From Ruditapes philippinarum (taxonomy: Eukaryota), in assembly GCF_026571515.1 (NCBI RefSeq), contig NW_026864227.1:1-64000 (forward strand): a DNA stretch of 64,000 nt. Direction: 5' to 3'. The notes under the pieces were generated by a model that had not been told where the DNA came from, ran no database searches, and saw only the letters and a list, made by a program, of their open reading frames with translations. A program made the translations under genes and the position numbers. This document shows positions 48,701 to 60,700 of this stretch, piece after piece; position 1 is the first letter of the stretch, and each line of letters starts with the position of its first letter.

Positions 48701-51700
48701 CTCAATAAGGTTATGTGCAGAACCCATGTCTTAAGGTCAAGGTCACACTTGAAGGTCAAAAATTGACTTAGAAAATGTTCTTAAATTTTAACATATATCT
48801 GAATATTTCTGAATCTAGGAAAGGTATTTGCTTGAAACTTAAAATATATATGAAGTGTCACAATTAAGATATGCTGGTCAAGTTTCATAACTCTGTATTG
48901 CATTTTAACAAAGTTATGCCCCTTTTTAATCTTCAAATTTACATACAATCACATATTAGACAATATGTCGTGTCCGCTCTATAAATCCTATACTAATGGA
49001 AGAATTTTCTTCAAACTTTACTCAAATGTTCACCTAAACAAGGTTATGTGCAGAATCCATGTCACCTTTGTGCAGGCTAAAGGTCAAGGTCACACTTGAA
49101 GGTCAAAAATTGACTTAGAAAATGTTCTTAGATTTTAACATGTTCTTGAATATTTCTGAAACTAGCACAGGTATTTGCTTGAAACTTAAAAGATATGAGG
49201 TGTCACAATTAAGATATGAAGGTCAAGTTTCATAACTCTGTACTGCATTTTGACAAAGTTATGCCCCTTTTTAAGTCTTTAAATTTACATACAATCAATA
49301 CTAGACAATATGTTGTGTCCACTCTATAAATTCTATACTAATGGAAGGATTTTCTTCAAACTTTACTCAAATGTTCACTCCAATTGGGCGATGTGCAGAA
49401 CCCATCTTACCCTTGTGCCAGCTTAAGGTCAAGGCCACACTTGAAGGTCAAAAATTGACTTATAAAAATTTTAGTATATTGGGAAAATGAAAGGTTATTT
49501 GTAACTGTTTCGAACATGATTTGATAATAGATATTTTTACTATTACCTGTACAATGAGTCTTTTTTTCACCCGAGATAATTTCTTTTTATGTATTTGTGC
49601 CACTTAAGTTATTCCCTTAACCACCTTTCCAAGTCGTCTTCTGTCAAGGACATTGGTGGGGGTATGAATCGCATTCAGCGATAGTTCTAGTTTTACAAAA
49701 CTTCATTAAACATGTAAGTTAACTAAATGTTCTGACTATTTTAAGTTTATATCCCCTACCAAAAAGGTAGCAAGGAGTATGGTTATAGTCTCCTTCTGTC
49801 TGTCCATCTGTCTGTCTGCTTCACATTTTTGTCCAGAACATAACTGGAAATGTATTTGAGATGTCAACATGAAACTTCTGTAATTTTTGTTACTAGAGTT
49901 AGACTTGGATGATTGTCCATTACTGAAGACACCTCCACGTGAGATACGAGATAAAGGTTTTCACTCAACATTTGCATATCTACAGAGGTTGTTGAGTGGA
50001 GCAGTTCTCAGTAAAAGAACTAAACTAATGTTAGTGGGGCTTGGTGGAGCCGGGAAAACTAGGTATTTTTACATTACTACAAATCTTTTACTTATGTTTA
50101 CTGTAGGTATATATACATTACTACAAATCTTATCCTTATGTTTACTGTAATAACAAATTATAACTTTATATGAGAAAAACAGACACAGATGTAAATATAA
50201 ATATAAGCGGCTTTTATGCTGAAAGCAACTTAACATAAATATAACCTAGTTTCACACTGTATATACTTATTATATATCAAATATACTTTGATTATTGTTT
50301 TAATAATGATGTTCTGTAAATTATATGTTGATTTATAGTTTAGTGAAGGCTCTATTGAGTGAAGATGGTGTAGCTAAACTAAAGCAAGGGGAAGATATCA
50401 CTGATGGTAAGATTATTACATACAGTATACTTTTATCACTTTTGAAAATCTTTATTATTTAAGACTATGTTTCTATAGATCAGTTATTTATTAAAGGCAT
50501 GAGATAGGTGAACAACTCCTTTTTAGAGATGTCTGCAATATATTTCAGTCGTCTATGTCACTTTTTATGCAAAACAAAAAGTGAGAGATAAGTTTACTTT
50601 TGGTGTACTTCTGTATCCTTATATCTATGTATCTATATATATGACAGGTATTGTTAATAGGTTATATATTAAATTACAAGAATTGTTTATTGATTATATA
50701 TTACATTACAAGAATTGTTTATTGGTTATATATCACATTGCAATAATCGTTTATTGGTTATATATCACATTACAAGAATTGTTTATTGGTTATATATTAC
50801 ATAACAAGAATTATTTATTGGTTATATATTACATTACAAGAATTGTTTATTGGTTATATACTTTATTACAAGAATTATTTATTGGTTATATATTACATTA
50901 CAAGAATTGTTTATTGGTTATATATTACATTACAAGAAATGTTTATTGGTTATATATAACATTACAAGAAATGTTTATTGGTTATATATTACTTAACAGG
51001 TTTTGTTTATTGGTTATATATTACATTACAAGAATTGTTTATTGGTTATATATTACATTACAAGAATTGTTTATTGGTTATATACTACATTACAAGAATT
51101 GTTTATTGGTTATATATTACATTACAAGAAATGTTTATTGGTTATATATAACATTACAAGAAATGTTTATTGGTTATATATTACTTTACAGGTTTTGTTT
51201 ATTTGTTATATATTACATTACAAGAATTGTTTATTGGTTATGTATTACATTTCAAGAATTGTTTATTGGTTATATATATCTTTACAGGTTTTGTTTATTG
51301 GTTAAATATTACAGGTGCTGTTTATTGGTTATATAATACAGGTATTGTTTATTGGTTACATATTTTTTTACAGGTATTGTTTATTGGTAATATATTACTT
51401 TACAGGTATTGTTTATTGGTTATATATTACAGGTATTGTTTATTGGTTATATATTACAGGTATTGTTTATTGGTTATATATTACAGGTATTGATATTCAG
51501 ACATGGCAGGTGAAACATGAAGAGGAGAAGATAACATACAATATTTGGGATTTTGCTGGACAAACAGTTTACTATAATACACATCAGGTATTATTATATC
51601 AATGAATTGATGTGTGACAATACAGTATGCACTTTATTCATTTATCTATAAAGGTTTAAACAGTTTGTCAACAGAGCTTTATGACTACTGCGGTTATATT

Positions 51701-54700
51701 TTCAGTTTTTCTTGTCTGACAACAGAGCTATATAAAAACTGCGGTTATATTTTCATTTTTTTCTGCTTGCCAACATAGCTATATAAAAACTGCGGTTATA
51801 TTTTCAGTTTTTCTTGTCTGCCAACAGAGCTTTATATTTACTGCGGTTATATTTTCAGTTTTTCCTGTCTGCCAACATAGCTTTATAAAAACTGGGGTTA
51901 TATTTTCAGTTTTTCCTGTCTGCCAACTGAGCTATATAACTACCATGGTTATATTTTCAGTTTTTCCTGTCTGCCAACATAGCTATATAACAACTGTGGT
52001 TATATTTTCAGTTTTTCCTGTCTGCCAACATAGCTATATAACTACCATGGTTATATTTTCAGTTTTTCCTGTCTGCCAACAGAGCTTTATAAATACTGGG
52101 GTTATATTTTCAGTTTTTCCTGTCTGCTTGCCAACAGAGCTATATGACTACTGTGGTTATATTTTCAGTTTTTCCTGTCTGCCAACTGAGCTATATAACT
52201 ACCATGGTTATATTTTCAGTTTTTCCTGTCTGTTTGCCAACAGAGCTATATGACTACTGTGGTTATATTTTCAGTTTTTCCTGTCTGCTTGCCAACAGAG
52301 CTATATGACTTCTGTGGTTATATTTTCAGTTTTTCCTGTCTGCCAACATAGCTATATAACTACCATGGTTATATTTTCAGTTTTTCCTGTCTGCCAACAG
52401 AGATATATGACTACTGTGGTTATATTTTCAGTTTTTCCTGTCTGCCAACAGAGCTATAAAACTACTGCGGTTATATTTTCAGTTTTCCTGTCTGCCATCA
52501 GAGTTTTATAACTACCATGGTTATATTTTCAGTTTTTCCTGTCTGTGAACAGAGCTATAAAACTACTGCGGTTATATTTTCAGTATTTCCTGTCTGGCAA
52601 CAGAGCTATAAAACTATTGCAGTTATATTTTCAGTTATTCCTGTCTGCCAACAGAGTTATATAACTACCATGGTTATATTTTCAGTTTTTCCTGTCTGTC
52701 AACAGAGCTATAAAACAACTGCGGTTATATTTTCAGTTTTTCCTGTCTGCCAACAGAGCTATAAAACTACTGCGGTTATATTTTCAGTTTTTCCTGTCTG
52801 CTTGCCAACAGAGCTTTTATAAATACTGCGGTTATATTTTCAGTTTTTCCTGTCTGCCAACAGAGCTATAAAACTACTGCGGTTATATTTTCAGTTTTTC
52901 CTGTCTGCCAACAGAGCTATAAAACTACTGCGGTTTTATATTCAGTTTTCCTGTCTGCTTGCCAACAGAGCTTTTATAAATACTGCGGTTATATTTTCAG
53001 TTTTTCCTGTCTGCCAACAGAGCTATATATTTACTGCTATGGAACGTACGACTGGGGCATGAACATGCAGGATTAGATTTTTGGTTGAGCTCAATCTCTG
53101 TTCAAGCTCCAAAAGCTCCTGTATTTGTTATAGGAACTCATATAGATCAGGTGATTCTTGTGTATTCTTTATCTGTTTCACTTGTCAAGAAAATTACTTC
53201 TAAAGGTGCCAATGGCAATAATAGCATGTGAAAAAATTCACAGTGTCCATTACTAATATATTTATACATGTACTAGTACAAGAACATGATCAAGCATTCT
53301 TGTAGGGTTATGTTTATTGAACTTAATTTCTGTTAGATTTCCGATACCTGATAAATATTCTTAGAATAAATACAGCCAGTTGAAAGTTTTAAATGATAAT
53401 GTTACTATGTAAATGTTTTAAATGTGTTTATAATATAAAAGTTAGCATATAACATCATTGGATATACATGTATATAGTTGATATTAAGGCTATATATCAG
53501 TAATAAAAGCTTAAAATAACTTGACAATTTTAATGAAAGTTAACTTGTAGTTTTTTTGTTTCTTTGAGCTAGATATTAATTTATCTTTGTCAAATTTGTA
53601 TTGCTTAAAAAAACTATAAATAATGAACTTGTGTTAGTGACTGTATAAATGATGTATTACAGGTCAGCAAGTCTGAGCTACCACTAGAAGAAATGCAGCA
53701 AAGGTACCCGCAAGTGGTCGGCTTTCATTTTATAAGCTCATACACTGGACAGGTATATATTGATATTGCTTTAATGCTATATTCTATAGGTTCACATATT
53801 TTGATTGTTTAGCCAAACTTGAAAATAGTTATTTAAAGCAATTTTATCTCAATATTTTAAAGTCTTAAAGGTTCATGTTTGACAAGTTGACATGAAGTTT
53901 TCTTATATGCTGTTTTCAACATTTCATCATATTCTTTAGCAATATCATTATTATTGTGAACAATAACCTTGTTTACATGTATATTACTTGTTATCATAGG
54001 TAGTATTGTTGTTTCATGTACATTTATGTTTTTATTATACTCTGCATTGTTGTTATCATGCCGATTAAACTGCATTGTTGTTATCATGCACTTAAAAGTT
54101 GTTATCAAGCTCTGTGTTGTTATTATCATGAGCACTAAAGTTGTTATCATGCACTCAATTGTTGTTATCATGTACATAAAGTTGTTATCATTCACTAAGT
54201 TTTTGTTATCATGTACCTTAAGTTGTTATGTTGTTATCATGTAAATAAAGTTGTTATCTTAAGTGAAGTATGTTATATTTACAGGGTGTAAGTTCACTAA
54301 AGTCAAGTATATTTGATGTGACACTACAGCAACAATATATGGGTGAACATATACCAGCAGTATGGCTAACATTTGAGAATAACATTGAAGTGTGAGTCTT
54401 ATATCTTAAGGGCTAAACCTAACTTTGTTACTTTATATGCTTCAATATCTCTATAAATAGATATTACAGAGTTATTTTTGAGAGTTCTGTTAAAGTTTCT
54501 GTTAGTTCTTTTTCTTCATTTTGTTAACTTAGTTTGGTTACAAATAACTGTAATAGAATTCATCCATGTCACATTTAGTTTGGTTTATTTTTATATAAGA
54601 AACATTTTTGAAGTAATTTTTTATTTTCAATTTATTTTTATACATGAATGTAAAGGACAACATCAGATACAATATTAACATATGTGTGAATACAGGGCAG

Positions 54701-57700
54701 TTGGTACAATGTTTGCATTTTTATGTACAAAGGACAGTTGGTTGATACAATATTACACCTGTTTGTATAAAGTATGCTTGATGAAATATTTATAGAATCA
54801 AGAAGAAGAACGACATTGTGACATACAATGAGATAGAATTGTTAGCCAACAAATCTGGTATCTTTGAACCTTCTGAGGTAAGTCTCTTAGATAATGGTAT
54901 TTATCTGAGGTAAGTCTTAGATAATGGTATTAATGTGAGGTAAGTCTCTTAGATAATGGTATTAATCTGAGGTAAGTCTCTTAGATAATGGTATTAATCT
55001 GAGGTAAGTCTCTTAGATAATGGTATTAATCTGAGGTAAGTCTCTTAGATAATGGTATTAATGTGAGGTAAGTCTCTTAGATAATGGTATTAATCTGAGG
55101 TAAGTCTCTTAGATAATGGTATTTATCTGAGGTAAGTCTCTTAGATAATGGTATTAATGTGAGGTAAGTCTTTTAGATAATGGTATTAATCTGAGGTAAG
55201 TCTCTTAGATAATGGTATTAATATGAGGTAAGTCTCTTAGATAATGGTATTATTGTGAGGTAACCTCTTAGATAATGGTATAAATATATGATAAGGCTTT
55301 TAGATATGCAATGGTATTAATATGAGGTAAGTTGCTTAGATAATGGTATTGATATGAGGTAAGTCTTTTAGATAATGGTATTAATATGAGGTAAGTCTCT
55401 TAGATAATGGTATTAATATGAGGTAAGTCTCTTAGATAATGGTATAAATATGAGGTAAGTCTCTTAGATAATGGTATTAATCTGAGGTAAGTCTCTTAGA
55501 TAATGGTATTAATCTGAGGTAAGTCTTTTAGATAATGGTATTTTTGTGAGGTAACCTCTTAGATAATGGTATTAATCTTAGGTAAGTCTCTTAGATAATG
55601 GTATTAATCTGAGGTAAGTCTTTTAGATAATGGTATTTTTGTGAGGTAACCTCTTAGATAATGGTATAAATCTGAGGTAAGTCTCTTAGATAATGGTATT
55701 AATCTGAGGTAAGTCTCTTAGATAATGGTATTAATCTGAGGTAAGTCTTTTAGATAATGGTATTTTTGTGAGGTAACCTCTTAGATAATGGTATTAATAT
55801 GAGGTAAGTCTCTTAGATAATGGTATTAATATGAGGTAAGTCTTTTAGATAATGGTATTGATATGAGGTAAGTCTCTTAGATAATGGTATTAATATAAGG
55901 TAAGTCTCTTAGATAATGCTATTAATGTGAGGTAAATCTCCTAGATAACTAGATAATAATACTTTTGTCATTTGTTGTTTTACAATTTATTGTTAAAGTA
56001 TTTTTTGTCTAAAAATGCTGCTTGTTATGATGATGGTCTATTTCATTACTTTTTCAAAGATTTCAAACTGACAACTTTTTTAACATTTAAGGCCTATAAT
56101 TCAACCTGGAGAATTTTAAAAAATTTTCCTCTATATTAACTCAAATTTCTTTTTGCCAGATATTTCAAGCAGTTCAGTTTCTTCATGACTTGGGAAGTGT
56201 CCAACATTTCACAAATGAGTATTTAAAGTCTAATGTTGTGATAAATCCACAGTGGATTGTAGATGTGATGGCATGTGTAGTGTCTGTGAAAAATGATTTC
56301 ATTAAAGTAAGTGATCATTTATTGTTTTTACAGCATTGATATTATTATAAGCCAAGTTTGAAATTATGCTGTAGTAATGATATATTACGGCATAAAAATT
56401 TAAATATTGTATATAAAAATACTTATAATGATGAAATAAATTTCTTTAATTCTGATTGCCATAAACACTTTGTAAACTATGTTGTATATACTGTGAAGAA
56501 CCGAACCACAAACAAATAACAATATATTTCAACAACGTAGAAGGTTAACTACATGTGTGTATAAAATTTATTATTGAGTTTTGTTCTTTTATGGCATATT
56601 TCTTGTTTCAAAAGTTGTTACTTATTGCACATAGTAAGCATAGTCATTGAACGGCACCATTTTCATGTGCTTCCTCAGTATCAAATACAGTTGATTTTTT
56701 AGCTTATCTGAACTCTATATTCTGCTGGCAAAAAGTGTAACATTGTTTTTAATTTATAGTTATTAATAATTTCCTTTAACAAGAATCTTTATTGGTTTCT
56801 GAGTCATATTAAGGCTTGTTTTAAGATAAATTTTATTTATTGTAAAGAATGGTCGCCTTGTTCATGATGATATTGACAAGGTATGGAGTGCTTACCCAAA
56901 GAAACTAAGATCCTGGCTGCTACGACTTACTGAAGAGTTTGACTTGACCTTCCAGCTTAAAGATCAACCTGTCAACCTTGTACCATGTCTACTCCCAGAA
57001 AAAAAACCAGAGGTAGAAATGTTCAAATGTATATTTTTCTACCACATAGAAATATTGCAAACACTTTCATTCTTTAACCACATTTAAGGCCTCAACATGC
57101 ACATCACTTAGCAGATATATAAACAATGAATGATTAATCTGTTTCTAGATATTCTTGATTCATAAATACTTAATGTTAAAGATTTAAGGAAGGATAATTC
57201 TGCAAATGCTGACAGTGCTGATGTGTGAATAAAATTGAAGAGATTTAGACATAAATAATTGGTGAAGTAAAGTATTATATTTGTATAAAAGGCAAAAGAG
57301 ATTTATCCAGTATTTTTTCAAGTCTTCCAGTATATAATTTTGTATTACTTCATACATTTATTTAAATTAAGGTTCCAGCTTCACAGCTCAATACGTGTTC
57401 TAATGTGTATTTTATATTTATATTGTTTGACAGTTTACATGGCCTGAGATTGAGAGAGGTTCAGATATTAGGGAGAACAAGATGGTGTATACATTTGAGT
57501 ACCTCCCTGCTGGACTCTTCAACAGAGCACAAGTATGTTCTTTTCTGTACATAAACATAACAAGTAGATTTGTCCTTAATATTCTGTACAACTTTATTCT
57601 CTGTAATTCTTTGATATAGGTTTAACTTCATTCTCTGTAATTGTTTTATGTAGGTATAACTTCATTCTCTGTAGTTCTTTGATGTAGGTACGATTTTATT

Positions 57701-60700
57701 CCCAGTAATTCTTTGATGTAGGTATAACTTTTTTCTCAATTTTTTAATGTAGGTACAACTTTATTCTCTGTAGGTACAACTCTATTCTTTGTAATACTTT
57801 CATTCTAGGTACGACTTCATTCCCTGTAATTCTTTGATGTAAGTGTGATTATATTCTCCTTAATTCTCTGATGTAGGTGCAACTTTGTTTTCTGTTATTC
57901 TTTCATGTAGGTATGACTTTATTCTCTATAATTCTTTCATTCTAGGTATGACTTCATTCTCTGTAATTCTTTCATTCTAGGTATGACTTTATTCTCTATA
58001 ATTCTTTCATTCTAGGTAAGACTTCATTCTCTATAATTCTTTCATTCTAGGTATGACTTCATTCTCTGTAATTCTTTCATTCTAGGTATGACTTTATTCT
58101 CTATCATTCTTTCATTCTAGGTAAGACTTCATTCTCTGTCAGATAGTGCACTCATCTGGAAGAAAGGTTCTTACCTTATAAAGAATGTCCATGTTGCTTT
58201 ACTACAACATGTTAGGTATGTAAAATACTACATTAAATCTTATGTAACGTGTTATGGAAATACAACAATCTTATGTTCACATGTTAGGTATTGAAATACT
58301 ACATGCACTTATCAAGTAAATAAAAGTTATTGGCCCATGCTTGTTTAGATTTGTTTGAAAGTAGAACCCATGTTCCCGAACAATTCTCGATTTTGACTTG
58401 TCTCAATACATCAAGTTCCAGATTTGAACTGATGAGATTCACAATAACAAAACAAAAACCTGATGATGTCTATGTAAACATCTGTTGTCAGGTAAAGGAA
58501 TGCTACATATTGATACCATTTAAAACGTTTACAATATCTTAATTAATAAGGATTTAATATGTTTCTAACAAAAAACATAGTTTCATCCATGAAATTATGT
58601 CAATGTATAAACAGAGATTGTGAGATGGTTGTAACAGCTCAAGGACCAAGACCAGAGAATATCCTGTTTCTTATACATGAAGTATTTGAAGGTCTCATTG
58701 CAGAATCTTTCCATGGTGTGACGTATGATTTTACAATGCCATGCCCAGAATGCCAGGCAATGGTTAGTGGTAACTTTCAATTAATAATTTTTATATTAAT
58801 TTACCTTTAAATTATAGAATAATAAGTGTTCAAATTCAAAGTGTTGTTGTGCAAAGTGTTGTTGTCCAGTAAAACCAAACAAAACAACAAAATGATCAAC
58901 ATTTTTATGTCATTTTCTTTAAGTGTTTATGCTTTTCTTACAAGGTATTTCGGATGCAGTGCATCAGCATAAAAGACGAGATGTATATAAACATTAACAT
59001 TTAATGTTACATGACATTTATTAGAAACACAATTGTAAAATGTATTGCAGGCAGTGAAAGACCCGCACATGTTTGCAGCTTCAACAATACGTAGAGCACT
59101 GGACATGCAGGCTCCGTTCCTTCAGTGTATAAAATACTTCCATACTATCTCATGTTCTGCTCTTCAGAGTAAGTAGAAATAGTTTTAAGGTAATTCACCT
59201 ACTAACTTGTTGACCATGACATTATACCCTATATCATTCATCTGTATATCTGAGATTTTGATGTGTCTATGAAAGGTATATTTTGTGACCAAATGTTTAT
59301 GGTCAAAAAATAATTTAACATACAATTGCGCAACTTCAATAACTGTAAATATATGGGATTTTTTTTATTTTAGCATTGTTGCCACCAGACAGTCACTGAG
59401 AATTTGTGATTTATTTTATTTTAGCATTGTTGCCACCAGACAGTCACAGTGACTTTGATGCACAGTTGGTACAGTGTGTACAAGGACTCAAACATTTACG
59501 CAAAGATTTAGCTGCAGGTATGTTTTTTTTCTATCTACTCTTCTTTTTCTTTAATTTCTTTTATTTCTATAATTATTTAAACTTTGTTTAATGAAGTAAA
59601 TTATTTGGTAATCTGATCTCTCACCTTAGTCTCTCACCTTGATCTCTTAACTTTGTCTCTTACCTTTATTTCTCACCTTGATCTCTTACCTTGATCTCTC
59701 ACCTTTTTATCTCTTACCTTAGCCTCTTACCTTAGCCTCTTACCCTGATCTCTTACCTTGATCTCTAAACTTTGTCTCTCACCTTGATCTCTCACATTGG
59801 TCTCTCACCTTGATATCTCTTATTAGTCTCTGACCTTGATCTTTTTTCTGAATCTCTGACCTTAATCTCTTACCTTGATCTCTTACCTTAGCCCCTTACC
59901 TTGATCTCTTGCCTTGATATCTGACCTTGATCTCTTACCTTAGCCTCATACCTTGATCTCTTACTTTGATTTTTTACCTTGATCTCTAACCTTGGTCTAT
60001 CACTTTGATCACTCACAGTTATCTCTCACATTGATCTCTTACCTTGACCTCTCACCTTGATCTCTCTTACCTTGATCACTCACATTGATCTCTCACCTTG
60101 ATCACTTACCTTGATCTCTCACTTTGATCTCACACCTTGATCTCTCACCTTGATCTCTCACCTTGATCACTTACCTTGAGCTCTCACCGTGATCTCTTTA
60201 TTTGATCTCCTACATGTATTAGTTACATCATAATATTTCTCTGAATCCATATTTATACATTTTCCTTTCAGTCTAATAAATGTGTTTTTTTATTATTTCA
60301 GATATATTTATTTCATATTGTGGTAAAGATAATCTATTGAATAAATCTTCCTTCATTGTGCCATCCAGAGTTCACAGTGACCTTGTAAATAAAGGATACA
60401 AGTGGTAAGTAAATGTTGGATACCATACTGGTTGTTCTACATCAAAACATTGAGCATTTAAGCTCATTTAATACAGCATGTAGTCTATAGTTTAATACAT
60501 GTATAAATTTGTAAACTTTTTTTTGTTGGCTTCTTTAGAATATCTTAATGTTAACTTGAGTATATTTCATAACCAGAAGTGCTCTATATTTTATAGTAGG
60601 TTACAACTAGACTCATAGATAAGGGATCAAAATGTCACATGATCACTGTTACAATATTGTAAGAGATTTATTTAACCTATTTAACTTATTGAATTGTTAT

